58,214 nucleotides of DNA from Gemmatimonadota bacterium. GTDB lineage: Bacteria; Gemmatimonadota; Gemmatimonadetes; Palauibacterales; KS3-K002. Of the stretch, positions 45,403 to 53,713 are shown piece by piece. The DNA is taken from NCBI GenBank assembly GCA_039588075.1, contig JBDHAL010000011.1:1-58214 (forward strand), in the 5' to 3' direction. The translations under genes and the position numbers were made by a program. Under the pieces are notes generated by a model, which saw nothing but the letters and a program-made list of their open reading frames with translations, was not told the origin of the DNA and searched no databases. Every line of letters begins with the position of its first letter. Positions within the stretch are counted from its first letter, which is position 1.

Positions 45403-46380
45403 CTAAAGTCGGTCCTTCTCGTAACGCAGATTCCTCGGCGCGATCGTCCACTCGAAGGTCCGGCGCAGCAATTCACCACCGTTCACTTTCGGATGGGCGC
45501 GGTCCGCCTTCACCCTGACGCGTATCTTCACGGCAACGACGTCGTCGAAGTCGTTGCTGTCGTCCGTATCGAGGGCGCTGGGTTGCTGCAATTCATCTCC
45601 GTCATCGAAAACGAGGGTCACCTCGAATTCCTCGACGCCGTAGGCAAGGACCTGACCGGCCGGCGAGCCGTCCAGGTTCAGGCGAACGGCACGTATCAAC
45701 TGCTCGTTCTCGTCGAGGTAGTAGACTATGGGCAACAGCTCTTGCACGTACGTTCCGAAGCGGTCGAGGCTCAAGAAGTCCATGCCGGCAGGCTGGCGGA
45801 GCAGCGTGTCGGCGGTCGTGAACAGCAACTCTACGCTCGTGTCGGTCGTCACGTTGAGGCTCTGGATGAGGGCGAGCCGCCGCGCGCCGAGGACCTGGAG
45901 GCGCGTGAGATCACCGACTTCAAGATCAAGGGGAGCGATGGCGTCCTTGGTGACCTCGATACACTGAAGCCCGCACACGCTGCTGGGCGGAAGCGGGTTC
46001 TCTGTGCCGTCCGGCGGAACGATAACGTGGGGCGGAGCCGGCGTCGGCACGTAGGGTACGAAGAGAACGATCAGCGTATCGCCGTAATCTCCCTGCCAGG
46101 CGTCGGCGGTGCCGAACGTCGTGGTGGTCTCGATACCGATACCCGCCCGCTGAAGGTCACGGCGCAGCGACACCCCGATGTAGCGGCCGTTGCGCGCTAC
46201 CGTATCGCGAATGTCGTGGGTGCTCAAGGTTTGAAATTCGGTGATCAGGTACTTGATTGCAGCGGTCATCACAATCGTGCCCAGCAGCAAGGCGACGATC
46301 AATTCCACGAACGTGAAACCGGAACGCGCTCCCGCTCTGATATCCTTGCCCGCAACAATCACCTGTGACCGCAATGTCAA
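45403..46380 (-). CDS. PilW/GspJ-like minor pilin, cassette A
   Basis: ARSGFTFVELIVALLLGTIVMTAAIKYL is a prepilin methylation motif with Glu+5. 325 aa. Paralogue of 49890-50858. Confidence 0.8.
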   Translation of the reverse strand: MTLRSQVIVAGKDIRAGARSGFTFVELIVALLLGTIVMTAAIKYLITEFQTLSTHDIRDTVARNGRYIGVSLRRDLQRAGIGIETTTTFGTADAWQGDYGDTLIVLFVPYVPTPAPPHVIVPPDGTENPLPPSSVCGLQCIEVTKDAIAPLDLEVGDLTRLQVLGARRLALIQSLNVTTDTSVELLFTTADTLLRQPAGMDFLSLDRFGTYVQELLPIVYYLDENEQLIRAVRLNLDGSPAGQVLAYGVEEFEVTLVFDDGDELQQPSALDTDDSNDFDDVVAVKIRVRVKADRAHPKVNGGELLRRTFEWTIAPRNLRYEKDRL

Positions 46381-46799
46381 CTCCCCACGTATACTATCGT
46401 TCTCACAACTACCGCTCTCTGCCTGCCCAGGCCGCCGGGATAGAGGACCGTCACCGCGAGCTGCACCGCGTCGGCCACGCTAGGTTCCGGCTCGACCGTC
46501 ACTTCACGAACGAACTTGCCGTTGTTGTCTTCCAGACCCCGTTCGTTCACCTGGACCGGTGCTTCACTATCGAGCGAACTCCGCTCCCGCGTCTTTAGCT
46601 GCTCCATGTAGGCCATGGCGATCGATGATGCTGTCGAGCGCGTACGGGCATCGGTTTCCACCGAGGTCATGAAGAGAGAAGAGCTGGACATCACGACGAC
46701 CCCCGCCGATAGCAGCACGATGGCCACCAGCACGGATACCATCCCGTATCCGTCTTCCGACGCCAGGGGGGTCCGCCACGCTCGCCTCACTTCTCCCAA
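46377..46799 (-). CDS. PilV/GspI-like minor pilin, cassette A (non-canonical, Ser at +5)
   Basis: ...EDGYGMVSVLVAIVLLSAGVVVMSSS. 140 aa. It has a 4-nt overlap with the downstream pilW-like gene and a 13-nt overlap with the upstream gene. Confidence 0.6.
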   Translation of the reverse strand: MGEVRRAWRTPLASEDGYGMVSVLVAIVLLSAGVVVMSSSSLFMTSVETDARTRSTASSIAMAYMEQLKTRERSSLDSEAPVQVNERGLEDNNGKFVREVTVEPEPSVADAVQLAVTVLYPGGLGRQRAVVVRTIVYVGS

Positions 46800-47428
46800 C
46801 TCCCGTTCCGGTATCGCCAGGCGCGGAACGCTCCCGCACCGCTTATTGTCACCGCCGCCACCGCCGTCGGTTCGTCCTCGTGCGCCAGGAAAACCACGCC
46901 TCCGACTCCAGCCGGCGTCACCATCCCACCCGCATCGAACTCGACCTGGCCACCCTCAAGGGTGATCGCAGCGGTCACCATGCTACCCAGCGGACCCGTC
47001 ACCACGTCCCCCGCTCCGAACACCACATCGTTCTTCAGCTCGACGCCCGGGACACCGCCCTCCGAGCCCCGCGCCACCAGGCGACTCCCGCGCGCCTCCT
47101 CACTCGTTTCTGATATCGTCCCCAGCCTCTCGCCCGTCATATCCATGTACGCCGTGTAAAAGCCCTCCGACTCGAGGAAGACCACCCGCACCCTCCGCTT
47201 CGACGCGATCGCCCGCATCCGCACCTGCTCCAGGTCTCGTGCCAGCGACCGCGCCGCCAGGTCCACCTGCAGTCGCGGGCTCTTCGTTATCGTCCGCGGC
47301 AGCGCCACCGCCACTATCACGCCCAGCATCAGCATCACGACGACCAACTCGATCACCGTGTAGCCGCTTCGCTCGCTCGCCGTCTGGGTTCTCGTTCGTT
47401 CCATCTCACAAAACGATAAGTCGGTCAT
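46787..47428 (-). CDS. FimT/GspH-like minor pilin, cassette A
   Basis: SERSGYTVIELVVVMLMLGVIVAVALPR carries the methylation motif. The GspH-like body includes LARDLEQVRMRAIASKRRVRVVF. The start is possibly the Met at 47404. Confidence 0.75.
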   Translation of the reverse strand: MTDLSFCEMERTRTQTASERSGYTVIELVVVMLMLGVIVAVALPRTITKSPRLQVDLAARSLARDLEQVRMRAIASKRRVRVVFLESEGFYTAYMDMTGERLGTISETSEEARGSRLVARGSEGGVPGVELKNDVVFGAGDVVTGPLGSMVTAAITLEGGQVEFDAGGMVTPAGVGGVVFLAHEDEPTAVAAVTISGAGAFRAWRYRNGSWEK

Positions 47429-47632
47429 TCTGACCGACCCGGAGGTACAGCTGCCCGCCCGGTAGGGTGCCGGCCGACTGACTCCGGAAGAGTGAAAAGC
47501 GCTTTATGTAGGCGGGAACTGCGCTTCAGGACGAAGGATCGGGCCGGTCCGCCAGTGGATCCGGCCAAGGTCCGTGGCTATGAAAGGCAAGAGCCGGGCC
47601 TAAGTGGTAGGGTTGCTGGACGACGTTCGGCG

Positions 47633-47854
47633 CGACATCGGACAGCGGTCAGCCGTCGCTCCACGGTCGAGTTGGACTCTTCGCTCGACGTACGACGGTC
47701 GACTTGGGACTCTCTACTCTCCTCACGGCCATCGCCGTTTGCCCGATCGGCCTCATCCTCCCCTCAGCCCCGTACATCGAACATCGGCCGTCGAGCGTCG
47801 AGCGAAGAGTCCAACTCGAACCGTCGAGCGACGGCTGACCGCTGTCCGATGTCG
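47633..47854. repeat. family-A element, copy 5 (between the two pilin cassettes)
   Basis: CGACATCGGACAGCGGTCAGCCGTCGCTC... to ...TCGAGCGACGGCTGACCGCTGTCCGATGTCG, with both inner repeats. Confidence 0.85.
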
Positions 47855-47886
47855 TAAAAAACAACATCGCTGCGCACCATGCCGGG

Positions 47887-49812
47887 CTAAAGAGCTTCTC
47901 GCATAGCGGTCCGGATGACGTTGCCGACACTAGGCGTGCCGGGTGGCAGCAGCTCGGGGTTTCTGAAGTCGGTATCGAACTGCCAATCGCGCTGCGGCGG
48001 ATCGTAATAGGTGCCGTTCCAGGTGCCGGTAGTCTGTTGGCTGGTGAAGGGGCTGATGAGGGCGCCGGTGTAGTGGAGAATGTGCCTGGCGCCACCTCCG
48101 CCGCTGACGATCCAGCTCTCGAGGAAGCGCGGGAAGTTCTCGATGCCGCCGCCGTAGAAGTTGCTGTAACCGCCACCGCAGGGAGGGATCTCATGATCGC
48201 ACGGAGTAGGCCAGTGGCCGGCGAGGATGCCGGCGTTCACCGTCGTCTCCTGGGCCTCCTTGTTGTTCCAGGCGTTGGTGAAGGCGACGTACTCGTCGCA
48301 GCTTCCATCGTCCTCGTTGGCATCGTCACACCGCTCGAACACGCTCGTGGTGCCCGGGCGGTTTTGAGGATCCTGCCACCGGTTCGACAGTATGTCGATC
48401 CCATCGCCGGCGAGCGCGGCCGGTTTCTTGTCAATGTTGTTGTAATCGCCCCAGGCGTACATCGGCCACTCGGTGACGATGGTCATTCGGTTTGGCAACA
48501 GCGCGCCAGCGGCGACGCGCACGGCGGGATCGACCTGGCCATCGAGTATCTGGGCGCGCGTCTCGGGCGTGAACCCTCCGATGCCCGCCGGCGCGGTGAT
48601 CTCGACATAGATGATCTCCATCGCGCGATCCACGTCGCCGGCAACCCAAGAGTCGATTTCGTCGATATTGATCTGCACGATGTCTTTCAGCTCATCCTCG
48701 CGCCCATCGTAGAAGGCAGCCCACTGCCATTGGAACATCCTGCAGAGTTGGGTCTCGTTGGGGACCACGGCGCCACCGGAACGAACCGCCCTGACAGTGG
48801 GGATCAGCACGTTCCCGGCCACATCTTTGGAAATGCTGCAGGCGCCGCTCCAGTTCTTCATGCTGGTGAAGTCCACGGTCACGTACATGTCGGCGTTCCA
48901 CGCGAATTTCACCGACTTCTCCGCCTCGCCGTCATCGACGTCACGCGGCCGGATGAGCTCGGAAGCGGGCACGCCGTCCGGCAACGGCAACTCCAGAGAA
49001 TCCACGTTGAACGCATCGGTCTCCAAGCGACAATCGAACTTGGCGCAGCTCTCCGTCTTGAATGCTTCCGCATCGTCTATCGTGCGACTGTCGAAGTCGA
49101 GCTTGACCTCGTTCCCATCGGCGTCGTTGATGTAGACTCCATCCTGGATGTCGTGGTTGTCCTTCCGGTCGTGGAAGACCTTGTTGGGCGTCGTTATCGG
49201 CTCGCGGTACCACGCGTTGGGCAGGTTATCGCCGGGCCCCGCGCCCGAGCTCAGGTAGATATTGCCGTTCGAGTGGACGCGGCCCTTGAACTCGAGAGGC
49301 GGACCGTTGGTCGCCTCGAGGTCCTCGTTGTAGAACACGCCGAACTGGAAGATGGGGATGGCCTGGGCCTTGGCTCTGAGCACAACGCCAGCGACCGTAC
49401 CGTTCTCGTCCGCGGCCAGCGAGTAGATCTCGACGTTCTGCGTCAGAGCATAAAGACCTTCGTAAGGACCGTCGGTGATGTTCTCGACAACCGCGGTGCC
49501 CTGCCTGGCGACCGTGAAGCTGTCGAAGCTGAACCCATCGATATCGGGGGGCGTGATCGCGGCGAGCTCCTCGTCACCCAGAAACGCGTCCTGCAGCGCC
49601 AGCTTGAGCTGCGAGAGCGCGGATTCGCCGCCCGCCTCGGCGGCGTAAAAGACACGGGCTTCCTGGTAGTCGAGGCTCGACGAGCGAAGTGAAGTCATAG
49701 CGGCTCGCACGGCGCCGGCGATGACCACGCCCATGATGGCCAACACGATGAGCGTTGCAACCAGCGCCAGGCCGCGCCTGTCGCTCCGTCCTGTGGCTGA
49801 GATATCAAACAT
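47887..49812 (-). CDS. large PilX/GspK-like pilus tip-associated protein, cassette B (641 aa from preferred start)
   Basis: The preferred start is ATG at 49812 with a strong SD (GGAAGGAGGAG). MFDISATGRSDRRGLALVATLIVLAIMGVVIAGAV...FYAAEAGGESAL. The track ORF extends to 49938 and would overlap the upstream gene. Confidence 0.7.
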   Translation of the reverse strand: MFDISATGRSDRRGLALVATLIVLAIMGVVIAGAVRAAMTSLRSSSLDYQEARVFYAAEAGGESALSQLKLALQDAFLGDEELAAITPPDIDGFSFDSFTVARQGTAVVENITDGPYEGLYALTQNVEIYSLAADENGTVAGVVLRAKAQAIPIFQFGVFYNEDLEATNGPPLEFKGRVHSNGNIYLSSGAGPGDNLPNAWYREPITTPNKVFHDRKDNHDIQDGVYINDADGNEVKLDFDSRTIDDAEAFKTESCAKFDCRLETDAFNVDSLELPLPDGVPASELIRPRDVDDGEAEKSVKFAWNADMYVTVDFTSMKNWSGACSISKDVAGNVLIPTVRAVRSGGAVVPNETQLCRMFQWQWAAFYDGREDELKDIVQINIDEIDSWVAGDVDRAMEIIYVEITAPAGIGGFTPETRAQILDGQVDPAVRVAAGALLPNRMTIVTEWPMYAWGDYNNIDKKPAALAGDGIDILSNRWQDPQNRPGTTSVFERCDDANEDDGSCDEYVAFTNAWNNKEAQETTVNAGILAGHWPTPCDHEIPPCGGGYSNFYGGGIENFPRFLESWIVSGGGGARHILHYTGALISPFTSQQTTGTWNGTYYDPPQRDWQFDTDFRNPELLPPGTPSVGNVIRTAMREAL

Positions 49813-49889
49813 CTGTCCAGCTCCTCCTTCCCGCGGGCAACATGGGGCCCGATGTCGCAGCGGGCTCTCTAGTCCGCACCAGAGTCGAT

Positions 49890-50858
49890 TCAGATTCTGA
49901 ACTTCTCGTAACGCAGGTTCCGAGGTGAAATCGTCCACTCGTACTGCCTGCGAAGTATTTCACCTTCGTTGACCCGTGGATCCGCGGCGTCGGCCTTGAC
50001 TGTGACTGCAATCTTGACGGCCACGATGTCGTCGAAGTCGTTGGAATCATCCAGATCGTTCGAGTTGGCCGTTTCCAGTTCGTCGCCATCGGCGAACACC
50101 AGCTTGACATCGAACCGCTCCACGCCATAGGCGAGAATGTGGCCCTCCGGCGAGCCGTCGAGCTTCAACCTCCCCGCCCGCATCAGCTGCTCCTGATCGT
50201 CCAGGTAGTAGGCGACCAGCTCCAGCTTCTGTATGATCGTACCGAAGCGGTCGAGGAGCATGCCGTCCTCGAGGCCGGCGGGTTGCCTCACTATGGTATC
50301 CGCCGCCGTGAAGCTGATTTGCACCGACGTGTCGGTAACCTCGTCGAGCTCGGTGATGAGGATCAGGTGCCGGGTGCCCGGAATCTGCAGCCGCGCCAGA
50401 TCGCCCACCCGGAGATCGAGCGGCTCGACATCGTCCTTCAGCACTTCGACGCAGCGGGCTCCACAGGTGCCGCCGGGCGGGAGGGGGTTATCGATGCCGA
50501 ACGGAGGTACGATGACGTGGGCCGGTGCGACGTCCGGCTGGTAGGGCACGTGCAGGATGACCACGGTGTCGCCGAACGTTCCGGGCCAAACGGCTACCGT
50601 GCCGAACGTCGTCGTACTGGTGATCTCGATGCCGGCCCGCTGCACATCGTGGCGAAGCGATGAGCCGATGTACCGCGCGTTGCGGCTCAAGCTCTGACGG
50701 ATCTCGCTTCCGGCCAGCGTGCGCATCTCCCGGATGACGTAAGCGATCGCCGCGCTCAGGACGAGGACGCCCATGGCGAGGGCGATGATCAGCTCCACGA
50801 AGGTGAAGCCGCGAAGCCTGCGCCGCCGAGCCGGCGCTTCGTGTCTCATAGCTCGCAT
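49890..50858 (-). CDS. PilW/GspJ-like minor pilin, cassette B
   Basis: RLRGFTFVELIIALAMGVLVLSAAIAYV. 322 aa. Roughly 60 percent identical by eye to the cassette A copy. Confidence 0.8.
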   Translation of the reverse strand: MRAMRHEAPARRRRLRGFTFVELIIALAMGVLVLSAAIAYVIREMRTLAGSEIRQSLSRNARYIGSSLRHDVQRAGIEITSTTTFGTVAVWPGTFGDTVVILHVPYQPDVAPAHVIVPPFGIDNPLPPGGTCGARCVEVLKDDVEPLDLRVGDLARLQIPGTRHLILITELDEVTDTSVQISFTAADTIVRQPAGLEDGMLLDRFGTIIQKLELVAYYLDDQEQLMRAGRLKLDGSPEGHILAYGVERFDVKLVFADGDELETANSNDLDDSNDFDDIVAVKIAVTVKADAADPRVNEGEILRRQYEWTISPRNLRYEKFRI

Positions 50859-51302
50859 CTACTCATTCCCCACGTAAATGACCGTCACCAACTCCAGGGT
50901 CCTGCGGCGACCGAAGCCCGACGGATACTGAACCTCGACCGTCGCCCTGACCGCATCGGGCGTGTCCGGCTCTTCGACGACCGTCAGGCTGCGCAGGAAA
51001 CGGCCGCCGGTGGCCTCGGTACCCGTCTCGTTCACGGCAACCTCGGCTTCGGTCGCGATGGAAGTCGGGAGCCGGGTCTTGACTTGCTCCATGTAAGCGA
51101 GGGCGATGGCGCTGGCCCGGGTACGTTCGGCGGCATCGGTCTGAAGCGAGACCATGAAGGCGCTGGAGCTGGACAGCGCGACCACGCCTATCGCGATCAA
51201 CACTATGGCCACGAGCACCGAGACGATGCCGAAGCCGGCCTGCGATCGTTCAATCGCCGCGGTACGCATCAGTTGATCCACGTTCCGCCGCGGTAGCGCC
51301 AA
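50859..51302 (-). CDS. PilV/GspI-like minor pilin, cassette B (non-canonical, Ser at +5)
   Basis: ...SQAGFGIVSVLVAIVLIAIGVVALSSS. An alternative start is the ATG at 51269, which overlaps the upstream stop by 1 nt (TGATG). Confidence 0.6.
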   Translation of the reverse strand: MALPRRNVDQLMRTAAIERSQAGFGIVSVLVAIVLIAIGVVALSSSSAFMVSLQTDAAERTRASAIALAYMEQVKTRLPTSIATEAEVAVNETGTEATGGRFLRSLTVVEEPDTPDAVRATVEVQYPSGFGRRRTLELVTVIYVGNE

Positions 51303-51916
51303 AGACGCAACGCGCTGGCTCCCGAGATCGTTACGGCGGCCACCGCGGACGGGTCATCTTGATGAACCAGATATATAACGCCGCCGTACCCGGCAGGGTC
51401 CACCAGTCCACGAGCGCCGAACTCCACCCAGGTACTCTCCCCGTTGTAGCCCAGGGCTATCGACTCGGCGGCCGAAATCCCCAGCGGTCCGCTGGACGCG
51501 CCGCCGGCGCCGAACTCGATCTTTCTGGGAAGCTCGACACCGGGGATGCCGGCGAGGGACCCGCGCACGACCAACCCTCCCTCGCGCACTTCTTCGACGG
51601 TCTCGGACACGGTGCCGAGTCGCTGACCCGACACATCCATGAAGGCGGTATAGAAATTCCCGGCATCGTAGAAGCGGACCCGGACCTGGCGCTTGGCGGC
51701 GAGCGCACGCGTGCGAGCCTGCTCGAGGTCACGGACGAGCGAACGGGCGGCGCGATCGACCTGTTGATTGGGAGTCGAACGGATGGCACGCGGCAAGGCG
51801 ATCGTGGCGACGACCACCAGGATGATCATGACCACGACGATTTCGATAAGCGTGAAGCCCCACCTGTTTCGCAACATAGACCTCATCCGCCCCTTGGCCG
51901 GGTAGGCGTTTGTCAA
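51269..51916 (-). CDS. FimT/GspH-like minor pilin, cassette B
   Basis: NRWGFTLIEIVVVMIILVVVATIALPR. The segment LVRDLEQARTRALAAKRQVRVRF parallels cassette A. The track start is TTG, and an internal Met is possible. Confidence 0.75.
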   Translation of the reverse strand: MTNAYPAKGRMRSMLRNRWGFTLIEIVVVMIILVVVATIALPRAIRSTPNQQVDRAARSLVRDLEQARTRALAAKRQVRVRFYDAGNFYTAFMDVSGQRLGTVSETVEEVREGGLVVRGSLAGIPGVELPRKIEFGAGGASSGPLGISAAESIALGYNGESTWVEFGARGLVDPAGYGGVIYLVHQDDPSAVAAVTISGASALRLWRYRGGTWIN

Positions 51917-52347
51917 TCCAACGAAGCCGCCCTCGCGGCTCTCCGGTCAACCTGACCGCTCGGGGGGTGAGCACCCAGCCGGCAACAATTGTAGCCTTGC
52001 GCCCGGCATTTCAAGCGCAGAAGAAGGAAGCGCCGCGGGACACAGCTGGGGGAGACCCAGACAAGATGGGCGACCCGGACGGGGCGGTCAATGCTGAGTC
52101 CGGGTGGAGTATTGGCGGATGCAAACGAGCTTGCAGAAAGCCAGACCGCCGCGCCTCGAGTCACTCGCGCGCGATCGCCACAACGTGTTTCAATGCAACG
52201 CTTTGGGTTTACGGCCCAGCGCGGCACCGCCTTTGCAAATACATCCGTTTAACGAAGCGCGCCTCGGGCGCGTCTCATGATTGGGCGCGAGAGCCCCATT
52301 CAGCAGCACCTCCCACCCCAAGTGTCCCGCCAGGAGTATGATCAACC

Positions 52348-53211
52348 GTGCCGTTCATAGAGTATCAGAGCCGATTGTACCCGCTCAAGGAGGGTGAGAA
52401 CCGCCTCGGGGCCGACCCGAACGCCAACGTGCGGATCCCCGACCTGCAGGCCGACATCGAACTGGCGATCAGCGTCGAGATGCTCGGTTCGTTCGCCTGG
52501 GCCAAGGGCGATAGCCGCGAGATCGCGATCAACGGGAGCCCGCTCAACAAGGAGCCGATCCCGCTATTTCACGGCGATCGCCTCTCGTTGAACGGCTCGA
52601 CGCTGGTCTTCATCGATGACGACGGAGAACCCACCGTTCATATGCAACGACCGGCGCCGGCCGCCGTGGCCAGCACCGTGGCGGAATCACCGCAGGGAAC
52701 AGCGGCCGTGGAGCCGCACTTGCTGTCGCGGATGACACCACCGACGCAAAAGCGAAGAGTCGTTGCCGTGCTGCGCCGGGCCGATAACAATCAAGCGTAC
52801 ATCGTGGGCCGGACCGGGTTCCGGATCGGACGAGAGAAGCGCTGTGACTTGATCATTCCGGACAGGTCGGTCTCGCGGCTGCACGCCGAGATCGCGTTCA
52901 GCGGCGGCCAATTCTTGTTGCGCTGCCTCGGCCGCACTTCGACCAAGGTCAACGGGCGCGCGCTGGATGAACCGTACAAACTTCGTGTCGGGGACGTGAT
53001 TCAGATAGGGAGCTACGAATTCACGTTTCTACGCAGACCGGCCACCGCGCAGGAGATCGTTCAGGCAAGCGAGGTCACGCCGATCCGCAGCGCCGTCGCG
53101 GAGGCGCCGACCGTCGCGATCGGTGGCGCTACCCGCGGCCGGTTGGTCTTCTGGTTCCTGTTTACGGTGCTTGCCGGACTCGTCGGCGTCATACTCATGG
53201 GCCGCGCCTAG
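52348..53211 (+). CDS. FHA-domain protein with degenerate N-terminal FHA-like domain, canonical second FHA domain and C-terminal TM anchor
   Basis: The second domain is canonical: YIVGRTGFRIGREKRCDLIIPDRSVSRLHAEIAFSGGQFLLRCLGRTSTKVNGRAL..LRVGDVIQIGSYEFTF. The first domain (LKEGENRLGADPNANVRIPD...INGSPL...LFHGDRLSLNGSTLVF) lacks the SR-H signature. The C-terminal helix is LVFWFLFTVLAGLVGVILMG. Confidence 0.8.
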   Translation: MPFIEYQSRLYPLKEGENRLGADPNANVRIPDLQADIELAISVEMLGSFAWAKGDSREIAINGSPLNKEPIPLFHGDRLSLNGSTLVFIDDDGEPTVHMQRPAPAAVASTVAESPQGTAAVEPHLLSRMTPPTQKRRVVAVLRRADNNQAYIVGRTGFRIGREKRCDLIIPDRSVSRLHAEIAFSGGQFLLRCLGRTSTKVNGRALDEPYKLRVGDVIQIGSYEFTFLRRPATAQEIVQASEVTPIRSAVAEAPTVAIGGATRGRLVFWFLFTVLAGLVGVILMGRA

Positions 53212-53218
53212 GGGGAGA

Positions 53219-53430
53219 CTGATTCGACATCGGACAGCGGTCAGCCGTCGCTCGATTGTCGAGTTGGACTCTTCGCTCGACGCCCGACCGTCGATGCTCG
53301 ACGTACAGCGCCGAAGGGATGGGGAGGTCCTATCCAAGTGGGGAGAGTCGCAAGTCGAGCGACGCACGTCGAGCGAAGAGTCCAACTCGGACGTCGAGCG
53401 ACGGCTGACCGCTGTCCGATGTCGAATCAG
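53219..53430. repeat. family-A element, copy 6 (best-preserved, 37-bp perfect terminal inverted repeat)
   Basis: CTGATTCGACATCGGACAGCGGTCAGCCGTCGCTCGA to TCGAGCGACGGCTGACCGCTGTCCGATGTCGAATCAG. It fills the gap between convergent stops at 53211 and 53427 almost exactly. Confidence 0.9.
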
Positions 53431-53693
53431 TTCCCCTCGCCTACGATCTCCTCTACCGCCGCCTTCGTGCTATCCGCCGCCGACCGCAGGTTGTCCCCGG
53501 CGCGCCGGCCGCGATCGATCACTTCCTCGCCCGCTTCGCGCAGCGACTCGACATCGGCCACGATCTCCTCGTACGCCTGCTTGAGATCCCGGTATTGCTG
53601 GTCGCGAACGTAGTAGCCCAGCGCGATACCGGCCACGAAGATAACGAGTCGCGGCATTAGCCACCTGGCAAAACTTCTTCTTCTCTCCGACAT
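53427..53693 (-). CDS. small membrane-anchored coiled-coil protein (YtxH-like?)
   Basis: 88 aa. An N-terminal TM (LVIFVAGIALGYYV) is followed by a charged helical region. The stop codon lies within the terminal repeat of the family-A element. Confidence 0.5.
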   Translation of the reverse strand: MSERRRSFARWLMPRLVIFVAGIALGYYVRDQQYRDLKQAYEEIVADVESLREAGEEVIDRGRRAGDNLRSAADSTKAAVEEIVGEGN

Positions 53694-53713
53694 AGCTCAA
53701 CCCCTGCTATTCA

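Noticed and set aside
49813-49938. Longer version of the cassette-B PilX-like ORF (track start 49938)
   Set aside because: The extension overlaps the upstream pilW-like gene end and lacks pilin character. The ATG at 49812 has a very strong SD and gives an N-terminus parallel to the cassette-A paralogue.
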